Of a stretch of DNA of 64,000 bases, positions 41,769 to 53,848 are shown piece after piece (position 1 is the stretch's first letter; the number at the start of each line of letters is the position of its first letter). The stretch comes from Macrostomum lignano (lineage: Eukaryota): positions 9,731 to 73,730 of the forward strand of contig NIVC01003852.1 in the NCBI GenBank assembly GCA_002269645.1. The letters are read 5' to 3'. A model generated the notes under the pieces. That model did no database searches. It was not told the origin of the DNA and was given only the letters and a program-made list of their open reading frames with translations. The translations under genes and the position numbers were made by a program.

Positions 41769-43560
41769 GCGGCGACGAAATCCGCGACCCGCGCCCGGAG
41801 TGGCGGACAAAAGCGAGCGGAGACTAACAGGATTACGCCGTGCCTGAGAATGCACTTATCTACTGACTGCCCCCAGTTCCGATGAAGATGATAAAATTCC
41901 CACAAGGACTCAGTAGCCGCCCCACGCCGCTTGTCGAGCTGGGGGAGGGGGAAAGTGCAGCGAGGCTCTGGTGAGGAGAGGAAACGGCCGGGATGGAAGC
42001 GACTCCATGCAACTGCTTCAGTGCAATCGATTTCTTGAGCTGCCCAAAGCTTTGACGCCAAATTGGGGCTTCCATGCCCAGCTGAGAAGTGGGAATGAAC
42101 TTCTGCGGGTGCCCGGGGCGGGACGGAACCGGCCTGCCCTGCCCAACCCCGACTCTGCAACTTCAAAGTGAATTTTAAAGCCAGCTCTGCTAGAAGCAGT
42201 TTGTTTGACTGAAAATTCACTGGGTATTTGTTGCATAGCATGACGAATTAATAACGTAACTTTGGAGTACAATGCATACGTTATCTACTCCAGACACTGT
42301 TGTCCTTGCACCACTTTTTTCGCCAACAAAAGTAACCTCGCTCTGTCAATAATAGCCACCTCACTCCGCCAACAACAGCCACCTCACTCCGCCAGAAACA
42401 GCCACCTCACTCCGCTAGAAACAGCCGCCTCACTCCGCCAACAACAGCCACCTCACTCCGCCAGAAACAGCCACCTCACTCCGCTAGAAACAGCCGCCTC
42501 ACTCCGCCAACAACAGCCACCTCACTTCGCCAGAAACAGCCACCTCACTCCGCCAGAAACAGCCACCTCACTCCGCCAGAAACAGCCACCTCACTCCGCC
42601 AGAAACAGCCACCTCACTCCGCCAACAACAGCCACCTCACTTCGCCAGAAACAGCCACCTCACTCCGCCAACAACAGCCACCTCACTCCGCCAACAACAG
42701 CCACCTCACTCCGCCAACAACAGCCACCTCACTCCGCCAGAAACAGCCACCTCACTCCGCCAACAACAGCCACCTCACTCCGCCAGAAACAGCCACCTCA
42801 CTCCGCTAGAAACTGCCACCTCACTCCGCCAACAACAGCCACCTCACTCCGCCAGAAACAGCCACCTCACTCCGCCAACAACAACCACCTCACTCCGCCA
42901 ACAACAGCCACCTCACTCCGCCAACAACAGCCACCTCACTCCGCCAGAAACAGCCACCGTACTCCGCCAGAAACAGCCACCTCACTCCGCCAACAACAGC
43001 CACCTCACTCCGCCAGAAACAGCCACCTCACTCCGCTAGAAACTGCCACCTCACTCCGCCAACAACAGCCACCTCACTCCGCCAGAAACAGCCACCTCAC
43101 TCCGCCAACAACAGCCACCTCACTCCGCCAACAACAGCCACCTCACTCCGCCAACAACAGCCACCTCACTCCGCCAACAACAGCCACCTTAATCCGCCAA
43201 CAACAACCACTTATAAAAGATAGCAAATCACCAATAAAATACAAGCTGCCTCATTTTCTTTGCTCTATACCTCCCTCATTTTAACAGCCACATCATTCCA
43301 TTTGCCCGTCCGCAGCTGTGGCCACCACCATAGCAGTCGGCGTGTATCCCTACGTTGTGCAGCGCTTTGTCTATCAGTCGGCCAGCTACGGCTACGGCTA
43401 CGGCCTGGGCTGGGTCACGGCCGGCCTGCTGTACCTGGCCTCGCTCAGCATGATGCTGGACGACCTGGTGCGCGAGTCCTCTCGGCCCCGGCCCTGGACG
43501 GTCTTGTGCTGCTTCTGCCCGGCCGTGCACCGTTCCGGCGATCACCCGCAGCCAGTCTGA
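35407..43560 (+). CDS. Claudin/PMP22-superfamily tetraspan protein, isoform A (start exon uncertain)
   Basis: Exons about 35407-35967, 37478-37582, 41301-41450 and 43316-43560, all phase 1. TM1 ([17 protein letters not shown]), then W...GLWDTC...C loop motif, TM2 [14 protein letters not shown]3 [10 protein letters not shown], and TM4 YGYGLGW. Confidence 0.8.
36085..36375. repeat. 12-bp degenerate minisatellite (intronic)
   Basis: Unit CAATCTACTCCA. Confidence 0.88.
36850..37303. repeat. 44-bp minisatellite (intronic)
   Basis: Unit GCTGACAGTCAGCAAACTGATGGGTCATGCGGCAAGCTCTCAGA. Confidence 0.94.
37945..38352. repeat. 10-bp/26-bp minisatellite (intronic)
   Basis: CAGGCAGACA units. Confidence 0.92.
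40195..43560 (+). CDS. Claudin/PMP22-superfamily protein, isoform B from an alternative first coding exon, 242 aa
   Basis: Exon 40195-40528 (ATG, TM1 [15 protein letters not shown]...SLWDAC...C) ends at a phase-1 GT. It joins 41301-41450 and 43316-43560 in frame. Confidence 0.72.
40560..40902. repeat. 14-bp minisatellite (intronic)
   Basis: Unit GCCAGCCCATACCC. Confidence 0.93.
42352..43200. repeat. 23-bp minisatellite (intronic)
   Basis: Unit AACAGCCACCTCACTCCGCC(AAC/AGA). Confidence 0.94.
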
Positions 43561-46194
43561 CTTCCTCGTCGGGGCTCATGTGCCGCTACCACCCTATCAG
43601 CCCGCTGCTGCCACCCGGAGCCGGCCGCCAGCTGGACTTGAAGCCCAAACAAAACACGCAGCGCCAACGCCAGGGTGCTAAATTTGTAGCAGTAAAGTGC
43701 GATGCGCCCGTCGCCCCCAGCTGAGCTTGTTATTCTTTTCTATGTACACAATTGGCACACATGTACACTAGATGTACATTCAGTGTGCGCAGAGCTACGT
43801 GCACTTCACTTAGATTGTCTTTGCGCTCAAAGATGAATGCTAATTAATGTTTGAGCACATTATTTTTGAAAGTATTCGATTCCCCCTCTTATTTGCCCTG
43901 CCCGCCCCAAATGCCATTTGATCGAATTTCCTCTGCAAGCCTCGCCTCTGTACCGAAGTCGGGCACAGGTCCTGTCGCTGTCATGCATATTTTTATACAA
44001 TGCTATTATTTGAGTTCCTTACCACCTGCTTAGCTGCTATTAACGCTATAAACGCAATGATGCGCTGCGGCCCGCACTGCACCTGATGCTATATGAATAA
44101 ACTAATTTTTAAAACTAATTCAATTCATACATTGCCACGTACAAAACTATTTCATGTTCTCGAACACAAGACATCACAGGCACTGTGAAAGCCACACTCA
44201 GCTCTGCAGCCTCCGTCATCATCAATTAATAGACTGCATGGCTGGCCGCACCTGGCGGCGCTCGAGAGCCGAGCAGCAGCAGCCGGAGGGCCCAGCCTCG
44301 AACCCCACGGAAGCCTGGGCGGGCGGAAAGAGGCTGGGATGGAGCTGCTGAATTATTGAGGCAGGCAGCAGTCAGCCAAGCTCTTGGCAACAGATGCTCA
44401 CCCCCCCATCCACCAGGCGTCTCTTGAGAGCGGCTCAGGGGGGGGGGCGCCCCGCTGCGCCAATTCTTACTTTGTGAGGTGCGGGCCCGAGACCGCAGGC
44501 TGATAAGTGACTGCTGGCGGGACCGGGGGCGGCGGCACGGGGCGGGGCTGCCAGGCAGCTCGAATTCTTCGAATAAACTGCGCGCGTCCCCCCGCCGGCT
44601 CTCCCGCGGGATTTTTTTCCCATGCAACTCGAGCCGCTTCTTGCCGCTGCCCGGGCCTCCCCCCCCAGCTGGGCAATGAAATTGAAGCCGCCGCTGCTGC
44701 ATTTTGCATGACACCCGACGGCTGACTCGAAAATCAACCGTCCTCGAACAACTCGCGTAGAGACGCGCAGGGGGGCGCCTCAAGTGCAGACTTGAGCACT
44801 GCGGCTCTGCAACAGGCGGACAGGCCGGCTGGTTGGCCCGGCCATGCAAAACTCGCAGCTGGCCGGGAAAGTGGGAAGCAGAAGCGCATAGAGAGGATGA
44901 TGAAGGAGCTGCCGGAGGAGGCTGGATCGGATGGGGATCGATTTTTTGGCACTGGCGCCGGACTCGCGGGGCTGGCGGGGAATATTGACACGCCGGCCGG
45001 AGTGAAGAGCCCCCTTCCCAGCAGAATAACTGGGCTGGGGAAAATGCTCCCAGTGCTCCCAGCTGCCTACCGCGGCTTCATTAAAGCCGGCAGGCCCGCA
45101 CCAGCCAAGCCGCTGGCCGATCGCACGGGGCCGCATAGGTGAGACCGGGAGGCAGGCATGGCTGAACCAGACAGGGGAGCCGAGGGGCTGGAATCGGGAG
45201 GCCGGGGGAGCGGCTTTCTAATGAACTGCCTGAGCCCGCCCGCGCCAGAGCGCCCGGTCCGTCCCAAATTGGGGAGCTGCAAGGCGCTGCGGGGACACAG
45301 GGGGGGGGGAGACAGTTGAAGAGATCTCCCATGCTTTCTGAGCCCGGCCGAGCGAGGGGCAAATTAGGCGGCCGGGCCTGCGAGCGGAAGATGGACTGCG
45401 GGGCAGCGGGTGGATGCGGGGGATTAGCGAGCCAGCCAGGGGAAAATAGTAGGGATTGAGCAGCAGGGATTATGAGATAAGCGCGGATAAAATGGGTGCC
45501 AAACAGACCGGGGGAAGCCGGGAGGTCAGCAGCAGCCCCGCAGACTCCCAGCCGGGGGGGAAAGAAGGATCTCCCGGGCATCCGCAGCGCTGCAAAAGTG
45601 CACGCCCGGGCTGGGAGATGCAGATGCGTATTTGAGAAGGCCGGGCCGTGCAGAGAGCAGCTGTCAGTCAGTGGAGCAGAGAAGAAGGGAAGGGCGCTGA
45701 GCGCCGGTCAAGGAGAATGAGTGCTCAAACCAGAGCAGTCCAGCGCCTGTTCCGCAACCAGCGATTTATCAACGGCTCTCATGAGTTGATCAATAGTATG
45801 AGAGCCGGGCCTGGGGCTCAATACTCATTTTACCGCAGCCCGGAGCGCTAAAGGTCTCCGTGTGCTTCAAATTCCCTTTGCAAAAAACAAAGTCAGAGAA
45901 CGAGCTGTGTGAGCAGTGAATTAATTTTTCAATTAAAATGTATTGGCTGCAACAAGAAATCCGTAATGTACGATCTGCCTGAGAAAATCTAAAAACAAAA
46001 ATATTTCTTCCATATCTGACGTGACAAAAATTGCACAAGAAGTTGGAGAATCAGGACTAAATGATATAATATAACTTTTGATGGCATTGAAATATTGGGA
46101 CGGCAGTGCCCCCCACCCCCTGCAAAATTATTTGGCAGGCAATTGCCCACACTGTCCCCCACGGCTCCGCTGCGCCTGTGTAGCAGCGAGATCC

Positions 46195-47322
46195 TCCCCC
46201 ATAAACTGGCGGCACCGGAATCTCCCCCATAAACTGGCGGCACCGGAATCTCCCCCATAAACTGGCGGCACCGGATTCTCCCCCATAAACTGGCGGCACC
46301 GGAATCTCCCCCATAAACTGGCGGCACCAGAATCTCCCCCATAAACTGGCGGCACCAGAATCTCCCCCATAAACTGGCGGCACCGGAATCTCCCCCATAA
46401 ACTGGCGGCACCGGAATCTCCCCCTCCCTAGACTGGCGGCACCGGAATCTCCCCCTCCCTAGACTGGCGGCACCGGAATCTCCCCCATAAACTGGCGGCA
46501 CCGGAATCTCCCCCTCCCTAGACTGGCGGCACCGGATTCTCCCCCTCCCTAGACTGGCGGCACCGGAATCTCCCCCTCCCTAGACTGGCGGCACCGGAAT
46601 CTCCCCCTCCCTAGACTGGCGGCACCGGAATCTCCCCCTCTCTAGACTGGCGGCACCGGATTCTCCCCCTCTCTAGACTGGCGGCACCGGATTCTCCCCC
46701 TCTCTAGACTGGCGGCACCGGATTCTCCCCCATAGCCTGGCACCGGAATCTCCCTCCCATAGCCTGGCACCGGAATCTCCCCCCCCCATAGACTGGCACC
46801 GGAATCTCCCTCCCATAGACTGGCACCGGAATCTCCCTCCCATAGACTGGCACCGGAATCTCCCTCCCATAGACTGGCACCGGAATCTCCCCCCATAGCC
46901 TGGCACCGGAATCTCCCCCCATAGACTGGCACCGGAATCTCCCCCCATTTCATAGATTGGCGGCACCGTAATCTCCCCCCATAGCCTGGCACCGGAATCT
47001 CCCCCATAGCCTGGCACCGGAATCTCCCCCCCCATAGCCTGGCACCGGAATCTCCCCCCATAGCCTGGCACCGGAATCTCCCTCTCATAGCCTGGCACCG
47101 GAATCTCCCCCATCTCATAGATTGGCGGCACCGGAATCTCCCTCTCATAGCCTGGCACCGGAATCTCCCTCCCATAGCCTGGCACCGGAATCTCCCTCCC
47201 ATAGACTGGCACCGGAATCTCCCCCCATAGACTGGCACCGGAATCTCCCCCCATAGACTGGCACCGGAATCTCCCTCCCATAGACTGGCACCGGAATCTC
47301 CCCCCATAGACTGGCACCGGAA
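46195..47322. repeat. 25-30-bp minisatellite downstream of the helicase stop
   Basis: Unit GCACCGGAATCTCCCCCATAAACTGGCG grading into variants. Confidence 0.94.
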
Positions 47323-47409
47323 TACACCTAGATTGAGATCTTCATCTCCACAGGAAGCTCACTAGTCAATGGGATGGCAAGTCAGGGTGCAGCGGCTGGC
47401 GGCCCCAGT

Positions 47410-50400
47410 TCAGCTGCAGCCTCCCTGCCTGGCGGCCAGCAGCCGCACAGCCTGCAGCAGGTTGGCCTCCCCGGCCAGCAGGTCTTGCAGCCGCTGTCTC
47501 TCCTCGGCGGAGCGGCAGTACACAAGGCAGCGGCCGGCGTCCACCCGGACCCGGCCCCGAGACTGCACCAGCGCGGCCACCCGCGAAGGCGGATCGGCCA
47601 GCACCAGCAGGTCGCAGCGGGGCAGGTCGAGGCCCTCGCAGGCGATGGGCGTGGCAACCAGCGCGTTGGCCTCGCCTCTGGCCACCGAGTACAGCAGGCG
47701 GCGCTGCTGCGCCACCGACATGCCGGCGTCTCCAGCGGCGCCGTGCCCGATCAGGCAGGCCGGGCGGAGGTCGGCGAAGTCAGCAAAGGCCGAGTGAGAG
47801 GCCAGCAGATCGGCGAGGCGGCGCGCAGTGGCGCGTTCGCGCACGATCACCAGCGCCAGTCTGGCACCCCCGGTGCCGCGCAGGTCGTCGGCCAGGGCGC
47901 GCAGCACCGAGCCAGCGCCGGCAGTGGCGGCCTGGCCTTCGCGCAGGAGCTGCAGCGCATCGACAAGCGCCTCCGCGCTCTGGCGCATCTCGGTCAGCAG
48001 CTCCCGCGACAACAGCGACGACAGAGCGGCGTCGTCCAGCTCGGCGACCAACTGGCGGGAGTCCCCGCAGACGGCCAGGCCCAGGGCGCTGCGCAACTGC
48101 GAGGGTAGCGGTATTCACCCACTTATTCACTGCCCCGATTCACCCACTTATTCACTGCCCCGATTCACCCACTTATTCACTGCCCCAATTCACCCACTTT
48201 TTCACTGCCCCGATTCACCCACTTATTCACTGCCCCAATTCACCCACTTATTCACTGCCCCAATTCACCCACTTATTCAATGCCCCAATTCACCCACTTA
48301 TTCACTGCCCCAATTCACCCAATTATTCACTGCCCCAACTCACCCACTTATCACTGCCCAATTCACCCACTTATCACTGCCTAATTCACCCACAATATTT
48401 ACTGCCCAATTCACCCACTTATTCGCTGCCCCAATTCACCCACTTATTCACTCACCTCGCTCAGTCTCCGCAGCTGCTCAACCAGGAGGCGCACCGGTTG
48501 GCTGTCGGCAGTCCGCTCGGCCACCTCGTCCAGCACGCCGGCCAGATTCGGACAGTCGAGCCCGCCATTGCTCAGCAGCTGGTTTACCAGTAGGGCGGCG
48601 TCGGACGCCCCGGATGCTTCGGCAGCCTTCCGCAGGGCGGTGAGCACCAGGGCGGAGTGGTTGATCAGGGCGGCCACCGCGGCCGTCTCCTCCGTCAGCG
48701 GCGGCACGAGTCGGCCAGAGATGCCCGCTCGGACAGAAAACTCGGCTAGCTGAGCCTGGGCGTCCGGCGAGCTCGGCCAGGCCAGTCTAGCGCCGCCCAG
48801 TCTGTCCAGGAGGCCGACCAGCATCTCCTGAGTGGCCGGCAGTGAGGCCTGCGAGGGCGGGCGAATTTTGATAATAAAAGATTTAGATGCCTGCAGGAAA
48901 AATAGTGAGAACTTGCGGAATGCTACTATTAGTAATATAACCTTAGCTTTTGGGTTCGGGTATTGTCACTGACACTGACAGTCAATTGTCACTGACAGTC
49001 AATTGTCACTGACAGTCAATTGTCACTGACAGTCAATTGTCACTGACAGTCAATTGTCAAAGACTGCACCAAGAACAATTCAAACCTGGCCGGCTGGCGA
49101 GGCGGTGAATCCCAGCAAGCGAGGCGACTTCAGCTCCGGCATGCTGAGCACTTGGCCGGCCAGCAGCGAGTACGGGTGCAGGGCGTCGCAGTGGTGCGCC
49201 TCGTCCATGGCCAGCAGGCAGGCCTGGTCCAGGCGCAGCGCCCCGGTGCGCAGGCAGTTGGCGTAGAAAGCGGCGGTGGTCACCACCAGGTCGGCTGCGG
49301 CCAGCGGCTGATCGTCAGGCAGGCTGTGCAGGTCGCCGCAGACCGCAGCCACGGCCAGCGACCGCGTCACCGTCGGGGTTGGCAGGGCTGGCGACGATGG
49401 CGGAGGCAGCGGCCGGAAGAAACGGCGCATGCGAACCTGCGGGAGCAGTGGGGCCCTGTCACTCAGTCACTGGGAAACTGCCCAGCCCTGTCACTCAGTC
49501 ACTGGGAATCTGCCCAGCCCTGTCACTCAGTCACTGGGAATCTGCCCAGCCCTGTCACTCAGTCACTGGGAATCTGCCCAGCCCTGTCACTCAGTCACTG
49601 GGAATCTGCCCAGCCCTGTCACTCAGTCACTGGGAATCTGCCCAGCCCTGTTACTCAGTCACTGGGAATCTGCCCAGCCCTGTCACTCAGTCACTGGGAA
49701 TCTGCCCAGCCCTGTCACTCAGTCACTGGGAATCTGCCCAGCCCTGTCACTCAGTCACTGGGAATCTGCCCAGCCCTGTCACTCAGTCACCAGACATCTG
49801 CTCAGCCCTGTCACTTAGTCAGCAGGAAACCGCCCAGCCCTGTCACTCAGTCAGCAGGAAACCGCCCAGCCCTGTCACTCAGTCCCCAGGAAACCGCCCA
49901 GCCCTGTCACTCAGTCCCCAGGAAACCGCCCAGTTCTCCCAGACCTGAGCCAGCTGAGCCCGCAGGAAGGCGGCCTGCTGCAGCACCAGCAGCACCTTGT
50001 CCACCAGGAACACGGCACTACGGAGCGGATTCGCCTCCAGTGCTGCCAGAATGGCCAGGGCGGCCACCATCGTCTTGCCCGTGCCGGTGGGCAGCACACA
50101 CAGCGCGTTGCCATGGCGACAGCAGAGACGGTACGCCTCCAGCTGGTAAATGCGCGGCCTCAGCTGGGTCGGCCAGTCGGTCCGTGGATTGGCGACGAAC
50201 TCGCACGCTGGCGCCTGTCGGTCCGGCGCCGGACAGCGGACCGCCAGACGGCGCCGATGATCGCGGCCGGCGACGTGAGCCGCCACGTTGTTTCCATGGA
50301 GACGGATGCCGCAAAGGTTGCACAACGAGTAGCCGTCAGGCAGCTGAACAACGGGCTGATAGCTGGCTGCGCGGTGGTACAGGGGTGCGGGCGCAACTGG

Positions 50401-52709
50401 TGAACAGGGTGGCCCGAGCTCTTACTCAGTCCCACCCTAGCCCTACTCAGTGCCACCCGAGTCCCTCAGTCCCATCCGAGTCCCTACTCAGTCCCACCCG
50501 AGTCCCTACTCAGTCCCACCCGAGTCCCTACTCAGTCCCACCCGAGTCCCTACTCAGTCCCACCCGAGTCCCTACTCAGTCCCACCCGAGTCCCTACTCA
50601 GTCCCACCCGAGTCCCTACTCAGTCCCACCCGAGTCCCTACTCAGTCCCACCCGAGTCCCTACTCAGTCCCACCCGAGTCCCTACTCAGTCCCACCCGAG
50701 TCCCTACTCAGTCCCACCCGAGTCCCTACTCAGTCCCACCCGAGTCCCTACTCAGTCCCACCCGAGTCCCTACTCAGTCCCACCCGAGTCCCTACTCAGT
50801 CCCACCCGAGTCCCTACTCAGTCCCACCCGAGTCCCTCAGTACTCAGTAACTCTCTTGAATCCCACCTCGAGTCCATCTTAAGTTCCACTTAAGTCCCAC
50901 CTGTCCCATCCGAGTCCCTCCTGAGCCTCACCTGAGTACCGTTTGAGTCCCTCTTGAGGATAATCATATTTTGCGCGTCACATGGTGCTCACCAGCCTGC
51001 AAGTCCGGCTCCGGCCCAGCCCGATCGGTCGCTGCGGCTGGCTGAGTGATGCCCGAGACGCGCAGCCGCTTCAGATGATTTTTGCCTTGCTTGTGGTTCA
51101 GCATCTGGTCCGGCGTGTTGCACTGCACATTGCACACAGTGCAGCGCAGCATGCCGTTAGCCTGGGATTCAACTAGCGGCTGGGCCTGGCCTGCCGCTTG
51201 ATGGGGAACAGCGGAACCGGATAAGGCTGCGGAGCCTGCGGAGGGCGAGACTGCGGAGGGCGAGGCTGCGGCGTTGAAGCCCCCGGAGGGCGAGGCTGTG
51301 GCGTTGAAGCCAGCGGAGGGCGAGGCTGTGGCGTTGAAGCCAGCGGAGGGAGATGCTGCGGCGTTGAAGCCTGCCGAGGGCGAGGCTGCGGCGTTGAAGC
51401 CCGCGACAGTTGATGAAACGCCGACAGAGCTGGAAGTTGATGAAGATAAGCGGCTGACATCGATGCCCCAGGTAGCCAGGTTGATTGGCGAGGCGCATTT
51501 GCCGTTCAAGTCGAAATTCAGTCCCAGCGTTGATGCACTCCTAATTGCGCTTTGTCTCTGTGAGCCTCCGCCTGCGGCAGCCGGCGCAACCGAGTCTGCA
51601 GGCCGCTGCTGGGGCGGAACTGATTGCGGCGACACTGCAGATGAAGATGAAGAGGCTGCAGATGAAGACGGGGAGGCTGCAGATGAAGACATATGTGAGG
51701 CTGTAGCTGCCGCTCTCCTGGCCTTATTCTTATGTGGCCGGCCATTCCAGTGGTCGGCCAGGTTGCTCATGCTGGTGGCAAAGGTGCCGCAAAGATTGCA
51801 GCGGTAGCGGCCCTCCGATTCAAATTGAAACCAGGGACTGGAAAGGATCTCGCTGTGCAGCTGCGGCTGTTGGACAGGTGGCACGGGCTGGCTGGCGGGT
51901 TGCAAAGGCTGTCTCTCAGGTTGCACGGGCTGGCTGACTGGTTGCACGGTTTGGCTGACTGGTTGCACGGTTTGGCTGACGGATTGCACAGTCTGGCTGG
52001 CGGGTTGCACAGTCTGGCTGGCATACTGTAGTGAGGGCAGCGGCGACTGGCTGACTTGAGCGGCGGGGTGAACCGACATCAGAGAGAATTCGTCAGTTAG
52101 CGAGGCCACAGCGATCCGCGCCGAGTGGTTGGGAATCGAATTGGGAGCAGCAGCGGCGGCGGCGGCAGCTTCGAGGTTGGGAACCAGCGGCTGGGTGGAA
52201 GACGCGGCTTGCTGCTGCTGGTTCCCAGGCAGCACAATCGACGAACTGGTTTCGGAGGCGTCAAAAGCCAGTGAGGGAGCGCCGACGCCAGCCCTGACGA
52301 CGGCATTCTTGTGCCCCCGGCCCTGGAAATGCGAGGCCAAGTCGCTTTTGGACGTGGCGTGGATATTGCAGAGGTCGCACCAGTACCAGACGACGCCGCC
52401 GCCGCGGTCCTCCTGCCGGACATGCTCGGCGGAATTTCTCACGTATTCGAGAGCCTCCGGCATCTTCAGCCGCCGCTGGTGCGCCTGGCCGCGGCAGTGG
52501 GCCGCCAGGCTGGCCTCAGAGTTGCAGGCCACGTCGCAGATGAGGCAGCAGAAGGCCTCGCCAGCGGGCTCGGCATGCAGCGCCCGGCTGACGGCCCGCT
52601 GGTGCGGCCGGCCGCTCAGGTGGTCGGAGCGGTGAACTGCGGACGTGAAGGTCACGCCGCACAGGTCGCAGCGGTTACTGTTGACCTGATTCTGCAAGCG
52701 GTACAGCAT
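47410..52709 (-). CDS. Six matrin/JAZ-type C2H2 zinc fingers fused to a RIG-I/Dicer-like SF2 DExH helicase, 1199 aa
   Basis: Exons 52709-50993, 50396-49945, 49436-49086, 48848-48456 and 48096-47410 sum to 3600 nt with compatible phases (1,0,0,0). Five C-x2-C-x12-H-x5-H fingers plus one x11 finger. Helicase motifs PRIYQLE, LPTGTGKT, DEAHH, HPY, GFTASP, LVATPIACEGLDLP and QSRGRVR. Confidence 0.88.
48113..48450. repeat. 25-bp minisatellite in helicase intron
   Basis: Unit TATTCACTGCCCCAATTCACCCACT. Confidence 0.93.
48965..49058. repeat. 17-bp quasi-palindromic repeat in helicase intron
   Basis: Unit GACAGTCAATTGTCACT, about 5 copies. Confidence 0.88.
49453..49932. repeat. 32-bp minisatellite in helicase intron
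   Basis: Unit GCCCTGTCACTCAGTCACTGGGAATCTGCCCA. Confidence 0.94.
50423..50840. repeat. 22-bp minisatellite in helicase intron
   Basis: Unit CTCAGTCCCACCCGAGTCCCTA. Confidence 0.95.
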
Positions 52710-52944
52710 GCGGGCTTTATAAAACTAGCTTGCCTGGTAGCAGCTCAAGGACCATTTGGAGTAGAAGACCGAGTGCGATTAGGAGTAGCAAGGGCTGAAC
52801 TTCATTTCCTAGAAAATTATTGGAGACAGGCTTTTCTGAGCACCAAAAATACGTTTTTTAAAAGCTAGAATATACAATTTTCAAAGCCAGTTTTCAAACG
52901 TTTAAAAAACAAATCATATGGCTCTGCATTTACTCGTAAGAGCC

Positions 52945-53236
52945 ATTGATCTTCTATTCCTAGTGGTCCTTGATCTTCTATTCCTAGTGGTCCTTGATCT
53001 TCTATTCCTAGTGGTCCTTGATCTTCTATTCCTAGTGGTCCTTGATCTTCTATTCCTAGTGGTCCTTGATATTCTATTCCTAGTGGTCCTTGATCTTCTA
53101 TTCCTAGAGGTCCTTGATATTCTATTCCTAGAGGTCCTTGATATTCTATTCCTAGAGGTCCTTGATATTCTATTCCTAGTGGTCCTTGATCTTCTATTCC
53201 TAGAGGTCCTTGATATTCTATTCCTAGTGGTCCTTG
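52945..53236. repeat. 24-bp minisatellite between TUBGCP2 and the helicase gene
   Basis: Unit CTTGATCTTCTATTCCTAGTGGTC. Confidence 0.94.
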
Positions 53237-53848
53237 AGACGGGGCCTGACAGTGGCAGGCTGATTAGATAGTAAATATTTTCCAGTCCATTAACTTGCTA
53301 GATCGCCCTCCACGGATTACAGTCCTTGCTGAATCAGCCCTGCCAATGTACGCTGCCGGGGCGCATGGGGTGGCTGTGCGGACCGGCCAGCTCCCCAGAT
53401 GCAAAGTACAGTGTGTGCGTACAGAGTGGCTAATCTGGCCTGCCCAATTGGAATAAATCAAGTAGCAGCAGAAAGGCAAATATTTCCTGACTGAATTGGC
53501 CGGCAAAAATAGGAGAAGCGAATCGCGCGCCCTGATTACGGACACAATGTACTTTATAAAGTTACGGCAGAACAGAGTACAAAAATAGTTCAGCTGTAAG
53601 CGAAATGATAGAATATTTTAGACTACTCATTATTATCACAAAGCAAACAAATTACATTATATGGAACTATTAATTTTGGCAACACACTAAGAATGTCAAT
53701 CATTAATAAATTAAACTAAATGTCAATAAGAGACAAGCATATAAAATTAGGAATACTTAACAGAGCAAACTAGAGCACCATGCGACAATGGGTTGCTTTT
53801 TAAAAGAGCAAAGTTACACAATGTGCTGACTGTTCAACTCCGGCCAGC

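Noticed and set aside
45790-46038. 82-aa minus-strand ORF starting CNFC as a possible RIG-I C-terminal domain exon
   Set aside because: AT-rich codon usage unlike the gene, no correctly spaced second Cys pair, and no in-frame donor before the helicase stop.
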